Shown one piece after another: positions 38,701 through 50,388 of a stretch of 64,000 nucleotides of DNA. A program made the position numbers and the translations under genes. The stretch is from positions 2,232,001 through 2,296,000 of the forward strand of contig JASTWF010000035.1 of NCBI GenBank assembly GCA_030390025.1, in the 5' to 3' direction. The notes under the pieces were generated by a model. That model was given only the letters and a program-made list of their open reading frames with translations, was not told the origin of the DNA and searched no databases. The stretch is from Squalus acanthias (taxonomy: Eukaryota). Numbering within the stretch: the first letter of the stretch is position 1; each line of letters opens with the position of its first letter.

Positions 38701-41700
38701 TCTCACGCAGTCTCTCTCTCTCACAGTCTCTCTCACGCAGTCTCTCTCTCTCACAGTCTCTCTCACGCAGTCTCTCTCTCTCACAGTCTCTCTCACGCAG
38801 TCTCTCTCTCACGCAGTCTCTCTCCCCCCCAGTCTCTCTCTCTCACGCAGTCTCTCTCTCTCACGGTCTCTCTCTCTCACGCAGTCTCTCTCTCTCACGC
38901 AGTCTCTCTCTCTCACGCAGTCTCTCTCTCTCACGCAGTCTCTCTCAGTCTCTCTCTCTCTCACGCATCTCTCTCTCAGTCTCTCTCTCAGTCTCTCTCA
39001 CGCAGTCTCTCTCTGTCTCACGCAGTCTCTCTCTCTCACAGTCTCTCACGCAGTCTATCTCTCTCAGTCTCTCTCACGCAGTCTCTCTCTCTCACAGTCT
39101 CTCTCACGCAGTCTCTCTCTCTCTCAGTCTCTCTCACGCAGTCTCTCTCTCAGTCTCTCTCACGCAGTCTCTCTCTCTCAGTCTCACACAGTCTCTCTCT
39201 CTCAGTCTCTCTCACGCAGTCTCTCTCTCACAGTCTCTCACGCAGTCTCTCTCACTCGCAGTCTCTCTCTCACGCAGTCTCTCTCTCTCTCACAGTCTCT
39301 CTCACGCAGTCTCTCTCTCTCAGTCTCTCTCACGCAGTCTCTCTCTCTCTCACAGTCTCTCTCTCAGTCTCTCACTCACAGTCTCTCACTCAGTCTCACT
39401 CACAGTCTCTCACTCACAGTCTCTCTCACGCAGTCTCTCTCTCACTCACAGTCTCTCTCTCAGTCTCTCACTCACAGTCTCTCACTCAGTCTCACTCACA
39501 GTCTCTCACTCACAGTCTCTCTCACGCAGTCTCTCTCTCTCGCGCAGTCTCTCACACGCAGTCTCTCTCTCTCGCGCAGTCTCTCACACGCAGTCTCTCT
39601 CTCTCTCACAGTCTCTCTCTCACACGCAGTCTCTCTCTCACTCACAGTCTCTCTCTCAGTCTCTCACTCACAGTCTCTCTCTCAGTCTCTCACTCACAGT
39701 CTCTCACTCAGTCTCTCACTCACAGTCTCTCACTCACAGTCTCTCTCTCAGTCTCTCACTCACAGTCTCTCACTCAGTCTCTCACTCACAGTCTCTCACT
39801 CACAGTCTCTCTCTCTCAGTCTCTCTCTCTCAGTTTCTCTCAGTCTCTCACTCACAGTCTCTCACTCACAGTCTCTCACTCACAGTCTCTCTCTCACACA
39901 GTCTCTCTCTCACTCACAGTCTCTCTCTCACACAGTCTCTCTCTCACTCACAGTCTCTCTCTCACAGTCTCTCACTCGCAGTCTCTCTCTCTCACAGTCT
40001 CTCTCTCTCACAGTCTCTCTCACTCACACAGTCTCTCTCTCTCTGTCTCTCTCACAGTCTCTCTCACTCACACAGTCTCTCTCACTCACACAGTCTCTCT
40101 CACTCACACACTCTCTCTCACACACTCTCTCTCTCACACTCTCTCTCTCTCTCTCACACACTCTCTCTCTCTCTCACACTCTCTCTCCCTCACACTCTCT
40201 CTCTCTCACACACTCTCTCTCTCTCTCACACAGTCTTGTATTGGTGATAGCACCACTAAAATCAACACAAAAGGTGTAAGCATCTGAAGACTAGGCTCTA
40301 GTGTTCTATTCTTCACCACCTGGCTATCCAACTTTTACAGTATACACCCAGCAGTGTAATGTCTCCTCTGTTGTTCCTTAATTCTAACCAAATAGACTCT
40401 TGTGTTTGGCCCCACAACGACAGGAAGGATGTGAAAGCCTTAGAGAGGGTGCAGAGAAAATCTACAAGAATCATTCCAGGGATGAGGGATTTCAGTTACG
40501 TTGATAGACTAGAGAAGCTGGGGTTGTTCTCCTTGGAGCAGAGAAGGTTGAGAGGAGATTTGATAGAGATGTTCAAAATCATGAGGGGTCTGGACAGAGC
40601 AGAGAGAGAGAAACTGTTCCCATTGGCGGAAGGGTCGAGAACCAGAGGACACAGATTTAAGGTGGTTGGCAAAAGAACCAAAGGCGACATGAGGAAAAAC
40701 TTTTTTACGCAGCGAGTGGTTATGATCTGGAATGCGCTGCCTGAAAGGGTGGTGGAGGCTTTCAAAAGGGAATTAAATAAGTACCTGAAGGAAAGAAATT
40801 TGCAGGGCTACGGGGAAAGGGCGGGGGAGTGGGACTAGCTGAAGTGCTCTTGCACAGAGCCGGCACGGGCTCGACGGGCCGAATGGCCTCCTTCTGTGCT
40901 GTAATCATTCTATGATTCTACATCATCAGAGTCCCAAATACCTGGTAACACTTCAATATTGTACATTTGGAATGTCTCCTAGAACAATTGCTTCAGCTGA
41001 ACTTGTAACTAGCCAGTCAATCTGGCCTGACTCCCATAGACAACATTCATCGCACTCACCACTTTAATGTTCAGTGAGTGATACCAGCTTTCATTTAAAT
41101 TGCACCTGTATTAAAACACTGCATGAAATAATGACACAAAAATCCTTCATTCCTTCAGAGTGGCTGAGATCCTCCCATCAAGCTTACTGGTCAGTATTCG
41201 CACTGAGGTCATCAGCAGTCTGAGGCTCTGGTAACTCCACCAGAACAAGGGCAGTGGGCCACCGCCCACGAGGAGTGGGGAAATAGAAGGAGGAATGGGT
41301 GCTCACCATGTTTACTCCTCCAGATTGTGTCAGTGAACAGATGGAGCCATATGTTGCCAAACCTGCAGTGCCACCTGTAAAATAGGTTCCACTGCAAAAG
41401 AGAAATCAACATTAAGGGAGAAGAATGTGTTAGAATCAAAGGGCTACTGACAATCTCCCATGGTGGGAATAAACAGACTATTCTTATAAAGGACGCTGAA
41501 TCACCTCCACTTTCTCTGCAATAATCTGTGAGCTCTGAGACCCACCTCTGAGGCACCATGGAATTGGCACCGAGCTGGGCTGTGAGGCTGAGCCCTCGGC
41601 CCAGGGACAGAGTTGTGAGAAAAGATGAGAAGACCTAGGGGGAAAAATTCAGCTGCTTGCGCCTCCCGTTAGCGCCTTAAGAGGGCGCTAATGGGGCGTA

Positions 41701-44700
41701 AAGCAGCTAACGCCCGGGCGCAGCGCCGCCCACGCCTCCCGTAAAATTCAGCGGGAGGTTAGCGGCGGCGCCAGCCGGTAGCGCCCTGTGGCGCTGCGCC
41801 GCCGGCGATGACGTCATCGCCGTGCGCAGCACCCCGCTCGCGCTCCAGCCGCGATCTTCAGTCGCGCCCCCTGATTTACCGCCAGACGCTATGTCCGACG
41901 GGTTCAGGTAGGCGTACGTGCAGCCGGGGCGGCGATATTTAAAGGGGAGGTGGCAGGCGGCCATTTTTGTTGCTGGCCGCCTGCCAGCACCTGCCCCCGT
42001 TGCTGTCCCCGGCCCCCGTGAAGCCCCCCCACTGTGAAGTGCCGGCTGCGCTCCAAGAGCCCGGCACTTCTCCTGAGTGCCGGGCTCTTTTGCCGGCACT
42101 CCCGATCCCTGGGAGCCCAGCTGGGCCCCGGTTCGCGCTGCGCAGGGTCCCTCCCCTTTAAGAAGGGGAGGAAGGCCTGCAATACCGCGGCGCGACGTGC
42201 CGCAGCGCGTGGCGCTGCGGCACGTAGCGCCAGGATATTCCCTCGCAGCGCCCCAAGAGGGATGCGGGGCGCTTCCAGTGGCGCCCCGCTTCCCTCTTGG
42301 GGCGCAACCACTGAAGTTCCGGCGCGGGGCCGCTAATTTTTTCGGGGCGCTAAAAGTCGCGCCCCGGCGAGGTTAGCGCCCCAAATGGGGCGCGACTCAA
42401 TTTTTACCCCACAGACTCTTGAGTCTCGAAAGGGGGTGAACAAGAGTGGACCTTATCGAGGTATTGGGCTGGATTCCACTCCCCCATCCCGCCCAAAATC
42501 TGGTGTGATAATAAGAACATAAGAAATATGAGCAGGAATAGGCCACTTGGCCCCTCGAGCCTGCTCTGCCATTCAATAAGATCATGGCTGATCTGGTCTT
42601 GGGCTCAAAGCCACTTCTCTGCCCGCTCCCCATAACCCTTCACTCCCTTATCTTGTAAAAATCTGTCTATCTCCATCTTAAATGTATTTAATGACCCAGC
42701 CTCCACGGCTCTCTGGGGCAGAGAATTCCACAGATTTACGACCCTCTGAGAGAAGAAATTCCTCCTCATCTCAGTTCTATTTTTCCTGCCAAAGTGGATA
42801 ACCTCGCACTTTCCCACATTATACTCCATCTGCCAAAGGTTTTCCCACTCACCTAGCCTGTCTATATCCCTTTGCAGATTCATTGAGTCCTCTGCACAAC
42901 TTGCTAACCCACCCATCTTTGTATCATCCGCAAACTTGGCTACATTACACTCGAACCCTTCATCCAAGTCATTTTGGTATATTGCAACCAATGCATCCAC
43001 TATCTCTGCAGCCACTTCTTTTAAGACCCTGGGATGCAGGCCATCTGGTCCAGGGGACTTGTCGTCTTTTAGTCCCATTATTTTACTGAGTACTATTTCC
43101 TCAGTGATAGTGATTGTCTTAAGTACCCCACTCCCTGTGGCCCCTTGATTATCCATTATTGGGATGTTGTTAGTGTCTTCTACCGTGAAGACAGATGCAA
43201 AATATTTGTTCAGAGTCTCTGCTATTTCCCCGTTCCCCATTATTAATTCCCCAGTCTCATCCTCTAAGGGACCAACGTTTACTTTAGCTACTCTCTTCCT
43301 TTTTACATACCTGCAGAAGCTCTTACTATCTGTTTTAATGTTTCTTGCCAGCTTACTCTCATAATTAATCTTCTCTCTATTTTTTTTTAGTCATCTTTTG
43401 CTGGTTTTTAAAAATTTCCCAATCATCTGGTCTCCCACCAATCTTGGCAACATTGTATGCCTTCGTTTTCAATTTGATACCATCCTTTACTTCCTTAGTT
43501 AGCCACGGATGGTGCTCCCTTCTCTTAAAATCTTTCTTTCTCACTGGAATATATTTTTGTTGATGTTGATCACAGATGTCCACTTGCCCCTCCGGCACAT
43601 AACAATCCCCACCCAGTGTTCTGGGTCAGGGTTCATCACAGATCTGGACTGTGCTGATGACATCATACCCTTGGCTGAAACTGTGGGCACTCTCACCGAA
43701 TCTTTGGCAAGAGGCATCTAGAGGCATCTAGCCCTGGTCTTCACATTATCTGGAACAAGACGAAGGTGCAATCGCTAGGACGCGATATCATTCCAGCTGC
43801 CATAATTTCAGATGCCGATCCTCTGCAGACAGTGGAATCAGTGGCACAATTCACTTCCATAGGCGGTATGATTCCCTTCAATGGGACTGTTCCCCTGACT
43901 GCCATAGCCACAATGCGCTTGCGAGCTCCGCAATGAACTCTCTATCCCATATATGGAGATCAGACATAAGTTGCAATCTCGAAGTAATGAACAAGCGAAT
44001 TGATGGATTCGATTCTAGATCACTTCGCACACTACTAAAGGTTAAGCTTCAGGACAAAACCTCAAATGAGACTTTAGGCAACTTGACTGATCAATCACCG
44101 CTGCCCGGCTGGCTGATCATTACCAACTCCTCTGGTACGCACACCTCATGCATCTCCCTGAGTCTGACCCCACCAGAGCATTCACCACCAAAACACCACC
44201 AACATGGAAGAGGCCACGATGCCTGTCAACACTCCATCAATGTCCAGCTCGTGGCTGATCACAGGAACAACATTATGCAGGTCTGTGCAAGGTACCCAGG
44301 GAACTGCCACCATGCTTTTATCCTGAGCCAGTCTACTATCCCCCCAATAGTCGACCAAGTGAGGAACGTGGCAGGATGGCTGCTGGGGGACAAGGGATAC
44401 CCCCTACAGATATGCTAATGACCCCACCTCTGCAACCTCAGGACGCCCGAGCAACACAGCTAGAATTGAAGCCAGGAGACCCCCAGGATCATTACTGAGC
44501 ACACCACAGGGACGCTGAAGCAGGGATTCAGGTGTCTTGACCGGTCGGGGAGCTCCTTACAATATGCCCCAGAGAGACTCTCCACATCGGGGTCTGCCCG
44601 ATCCTGCATAACCTCGTATTACAGAGAGACCTGCATTTGGAAGATGCTGAGGAACAGCAGCAACAGCAGTCCTCAGCAGATGAGGGAGGCCAGGGGGAAG

Positions 44701-47700
44701 GAGAATTGCGTGTGGCGAGGCGGTTGCCCGATTTGCGATGGGAGAGATGTTTTCATTTACACATTCGCTGTCTCCTGCCTAGGGTTAGTTTGATTTGAGA
44801 GAGTTGGGTGTCAGGTACTCACATGATGAGATGAGCGTTGTCGTTGTACAATCGCGGTAGAAGATTACTCTGCCTCCACTGGAGGAATCGACTCAGGGTT
44901 ACCTGAGCACTTCTGTCCACTGTGATTTGGTCGGTGGTCCACACCTCGACTCCAATCAGAGCAATGCGAATGTTAAATGGTCTGTAGTACTGGAGAAGGG
45001 AGAGGAGTTAGGAACTCAGGTGATTGGATTTACCTGAAACTGATGGGTACAGATGGATGGAAGACGAGATTCAACTAAACTAGAATGGCACCTAACGCAG
45101 AACAACAGCAGAGAAGGACATGCTGTGTGTGTCGCGATTAGTTCTGTGGTACATTGCCCCAGCTCTGGAATCCACCGGCAGTGAGGGAGTGGGTGTAACA
45201 CCACAAACTAATGGCAGCTTACATTTTAAATGTGCTCTGCAATAAATTAAAGTTCCAGCTTAGACACATAGAGCAGGAGGGTGATAGAGCACAGCGGGAG
45301 AGGGAGATAGAGGACAGAGGGAGAGGGAGAGAGAGAGAGGACAGCGGGAGAGGGAGACAGAGGACAGAGGGAGAGGGAGATAGAGGACAGAGGGAGAGGG
45401 AGAGAGAGAGAGGACAGCGGGAGAGGGAGATAGAGGACAGAGGGAGAGGGAGAGAGAGAGAGGACAGCGGGAGAGGGAGAGAGAGGACAGAGGGAGAGGG
45501 AGAGAGAGAGAGGACAGCGGGAGAGGGAGATAGAGGACAGAGGGAGAGGGAGAGAGAGGACAGAGGGAGAGGGAGAGAGAGGACAGAGGGAGAGGGAGAG
45601 AGAGAGAGGACAGCGGGAGAGGGAGATAGAGGACAGAGGGAGAGGGAGAGAGAGGACAGAGGGAGAGGGAGAGAGAGGACAGAGGGAGAGGGAGAGAGAG
45701 AGAGGACAGCGGGAGAGGGAGATAGAGGACAGAGGGAGAGGGAGAGAGAGAGAGGACAGCGGGAGAGGGAGACAGAGGACAGAGGGAGAGGGAGATAGAG
45801 GACAGAGGGAGAGGGAGAGAGAGAGAGGACAGCGGGAGAGGGAGATAGAGGACAGAGGGAGAGGGAGAGAGAGAGAGGACAGCGGGAGAGGGAGAGAGAG
45901 GACAGAGGGAGAGGGAGAGAGAGAGAGGACAGCGGGAGAGGGAGATAGAGGACAGAGGGAGAGGGAGAGAGAGGACAGAGGGAGAGGGAGAGAGAGGACA
46001 GAGGGAGAGGGAGAGAGAGAGAGGACAGCGGGAGAGGGAGATAGAGGACAGAGGGAGAGGGAGAGAGAGGACAGAGGGAGAGGGAGAGAGAGGACAGAGG
46101 GAGAGGGAGAGAGAGAGAGGACAGCGGGAGAGGGAGATAGAGGACAGAGGGAGAGGGAGAGAGAGAGAGGACAGCGGGAGAGGGAGATAGAGGACAGAGG
46201 GAGAGGGAGAGAGAGGACAGAGGGAGAGGGAGAGAGAGGACAGAGGGAGAGGGAGAGAGAGGACAGAGGGAGAGGGAGAGAGAGAGAGGACAGCGGGAGA
46301 GGGAGATAGAGGACAGAGGGAGAGAGAGAGAGAGAGAGAGCACAGCGGGAGAGGGAGAGAGAGAGTGAACAGTGGGAGAGGGAGAGAGAGAGTGAACAGT
46401 GGGAGAGGGAGAGAGAGAGAGGACAGCGGGAGAGAGAGAGAGAGAGCACAGCGGGAGAGGGAGAGAGAGAGAGCACAGCGGGAGAGGGAGAGAGAGGACA
46501 GCGGGAGAGAGAGAGAGATAGCACAGCGGGAGAGGGAGAGAGAGAGCACAGCGGGAGAGGGAGAGAGAGAGCACAGCGGGAGAGAGAGAGAGAGAGAGGA
46601 CAGCGGGAGAGGGAGAGAGAGAGAGCACAGCGGGAGAGAGAGAGAGAGCACAGCGGGAGAGAGAGAGAGAGAGAGAGAGAGCACAGCGGGAGAGAGAGAG
46701 AGAGAGAGAGCACAGCGGGAGAGAGAGAGAGAGAGAGAGAGAGCACAGCGGGAGAGAGAGAGAGGGAGAGAGCACAGCGGGACAGAGAGAGAGAGAGAGA
46801 GAGCACAGCGGGAGAGAGAGAGAGAGAGAGAGAGCACAGCGGGAGAGAGAGAGAGAGAGCACAGCGGGAGAGGGAGAGAGAGAGAGAGAGAGAGCACAGC
46901 GGGAGAGGGAGAGAGAGAGAGAGAGCACAGAGGGAGAGGGAGAGAGAGAGAGAGAGAGAGCACAGCGGGAGAGGGAGAGAGAGAGAGAGAGCACAGCGGG
47001 AGAGGGAGAGAGAGAGAGAGAGAGCACAGCGGGAGAGAGAGAGGGAGAGAGAGAGCACAGCGGGAGAGAGAGAGAGAGAGAGAGAGCACAGCGGGAGAGA
47101 GAGAGGGAGAGAGCACAGCGGGAGAGGGAGAGAGAGAGAGAGAGAGCACAGCAGGAGAGGGAGGGAGAGAGAGAGAGAGCACAGCGGGAGAGAGAGAGAG
47201 AGAGCACAGCGGGAGAGTGAGGGAGAGAGTGGACAGCGGAGAGGGAGATGGAGTGAACAGACAGCAGGAGAGGGAGAGAGAGAGGGGCAGGAGAGGGTGA
47301 CAGAGAGAGCGGACAGCAGGAGAACATCAGAAATAGGAGCAGGAATAAGCCACTTGGCCCCTCGAGCCTGCTCCGCCATTCAATAAGATCATGGCTGATC
47401 TTGGGCTCAAAGCCACTTCCCTGCCCGCTCCCCATAACCCTTCACTCCTTCATCTTGTAAAAATCTGTCTATCTCCACCTTAAATGTATTTAATGACCCA
47501 GCCTCCACAGCTCTCTGGGGCAGAGAATTCCACAGATTTACGACCCTCTGATGAAGAAATTCCTCCTCATCTCAGTTCTAAAAGGGCGACCCTTTATTCT
47601 GAAACTATGCCCCCGAGTTCTAGATTTCCCCACGAGGGGAAACATCCTCTCTGCATCTACCTTGTCAAGCCCCCTCAGTATCTTATATGTTTCAATAAGA

Positions 47701-50357
47701 TCACCTCTCATTCTTCTAAATTCCAATGAGTATAGGCCCAGCCTGCTCAACCTTTCCTCATAAGTCAAACCCCTTCATCTCTGGAATTAACCTAGTGAAT
47801 CGTCTCTGAACTGCCTCCAATGCAAGTATATCCTTCCTTAAATAAGGAGACCAAAACTGTACGCAGTACTCAAGGTGTGGTCTCACCAATACCCTGTACA
47901 GTTGTAGCAGGACTTCCCTACTTTTATACTCCAACCCCCTTGAAATAAAGGCCAACATTCCATTTGCCTTTTTGATTACTTGCTGTACCTGCATGCTAAC
48001 TTTGTGTGTTTCATGCACAAGGACCCCCAGGTCCCTCTGAACTGTAGCATTTTGTAATCTCTCTCCATTTAAATAATAATTTGCTTTTTTATTTCTCCTG
48101 CCAAAGTGGATAACCTCGCACTTTCCCACATTATACTCCATCTGCCAAATGTTTGCCCATTCATCTAGCCTGTCTATATCCCTTTGCAGATTCTTTGAGT
48201 CCTCTGCACAACTTGCTTTCCCACCCATCTTTGTATCATCTGCAAACTTGGCTACATTACACTCAGTCGCTTCATCCAAGTCATTAATGTAGATTGTAAA
48301 TAGTTGAGGCCCCAGCACCGATCCCTGTGGCACCCCACCAGTTACCATTTGCCAACCGGAAAATGACCCATTTATCCCGACTCTCTGCTTTCTGTTAGTT
48401 AGCCAATTCTCTATCCATGCTAATATATTACCCCCAACTCCATGAGCTCTTATCTTATGCAGTAACCTTTTATGTGGCACCTTATCAAATGCCTTCTGGA
48501 AATCCAAATACACGACATCTACTGGCTCACCCTTGTCCACCCTACTCGTTACATCCTCAAATAACTCCAGCAAATTTGTTAAACATGATTTCCCTTTCAT
48601 AAAACCATGCTGACTCTGTTTGACTGCATTATGATTTTCCAAATGCCCGGCACAGCGGGAGAGGGAGAGAGAGAGCACAGCGGGAGAGAGAGAGAGAGAG
48701 CACAGCGGGAGAGAGAGAGAGAGAGAGAGAGAGCACAGCGGGAGAGAGAGAGAGAGAGAGAGAGAGCACAGCGGGAGAGAGAGAGAGAGAGAGCACAGCG
48801 GGAGAGAGAGAGAGAGAGAGAGAGCACAGCAGGAGAGAGAGAGAGAGAGAGAGCACAGCGGGAGAGAGAGAGAGAGAGAGAGAGCACAGCGGGAGAGAGA
48901 GAGAGAGAGAGAGAGAGCACAGCGGGAGAGAGAGAGAGAGAGAGCACAGCGGGAGAGAGAGAGAGAGAGAGAGAGCACAGCAGGAGAGAGAGAGAGAGAG
49001 AGAGCACAGCGGGAGAGAGAGAGAGAGAGAGAGAGCACAGCAGGAGAGAGAGAGAGAGAGAGAGAGAGCACAGCGGGAGAGAGAGAGAGAGAGAGAGAGA
49101 GCACAGCGGGAGAGAGAGAGAGAGAGAGAGAGCACAGCGGGAGAGGGAGAGAGAGAGAGAGAGCAGAGCGGGAGAGAGAGAGAGAGAGAGGACAGCGGGA
49201 GAGGGAGAGAGAGAGAGAGAGAGAGCACAGCGGGAGAGAGAGAGAGAGAGAGAGAGCACAGCGGGAGAGGGAGAGAGAGAGAGAGAGAGCACAGCGGGAG
49301 AGAGAGAGAGAGAGAGAGAGAGAGCACAGCGGGAGAGAGAGAGAGAGAGAGAGAGAGAGCACAGCGGGAGAGAGAGAGAGAGAGAGAGAGAGCACAGCGG
49401 GAGAAGGAGAGAGAGAGAGAGAGCACAGCGGGAGAGGGAGAGAGAGAGAGAGAGCACAGCGGGAGAGAGAGAGAGAGAGAGAGAGAGCACAGCGGGAGAG
49501 GGAGAGAGAGAGAGAGAGCACAGCGGGAGAGAGAGAGAGAGAGAGAGAGAGCACAGCGGGAGAGAGAGAGAGAGAGAGAGAGAGCACAGCGGGAGAAGGA
49601 GAGAGAGAGAGAGAGCACAGCGGGAGAGGGAGAGAGAGAGAGAGAGAGAGCACAGCGGGAGAGAGAGAGAGAGAGAGAGAGAGCACAGCGGGAGAAGGAG
49701 AGAGAGAGAGAGAGCACAGCGGGAGAGGGAGAGAGAGAGAGAGAGCACAGCGGGAGAGAGAGAGAGAGAGAGAGAGCACAGCGGGAGAGAGAGAGAGAGA
49801 GAGAGAGAGCACAGCGGGAGAAGGAGAGAGAGAGAGAGAGAGAGCACAGCGGGAGAGAGAGAGAGAGAGAGAGAGCACAGCGGGAGAGAGAGAGAGAGAG
49901 AGAGAGCACAGCGGGAGAGAGAGAGAGAGAGAGAGAGAGAGCACAGCGGGAGAGAGAGAGAGAGAGAGAGAGCACAGCGGGAGAAGGAGAGAGAGAGAGA
50001 GAGCACAGCGGGAGAGGGAGAGAGAGAGAGAGAGCACAGCGGGAGAGAGAGAGAGAGAGAGAGAGCACAGCGGGAGAGGGAGAGAGAGAGAGAGAGAGCA
50101 CAGCGGGAGAGAGAGAGAGAGAGAGAGAGAGAGCACAGCGGGAGAGAGAGAGAGAGAGAGAGCACAGCGGGAGAGAGAGAGAGAGAGAGAGAGCACAGCA
50201 GGAGAGAGAGAGAGAGAGAGAGAGAGCACAGCGGGAGAGAGAGAGAGAGAGAGAGCACAGCGGGAGAGAGAGAGAGAGAGAGAGAGAGAGCACAGCGGGA
50301 GAGAGAGAGAGAGAGAGAGCACAGCGGGAGAGAGAGAGAGAGAGAGAGAGCACGATC

Positions 50358-50388
<31 letters not shown>

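Noticed and set aside
32981..40287. Three overlapping ORFs of about 2400 aa rich in S/L/T/Q/H
   Set aside because: The satellite has no stop codons on this strand in any frame; it is intronic and antisense to ADAM.
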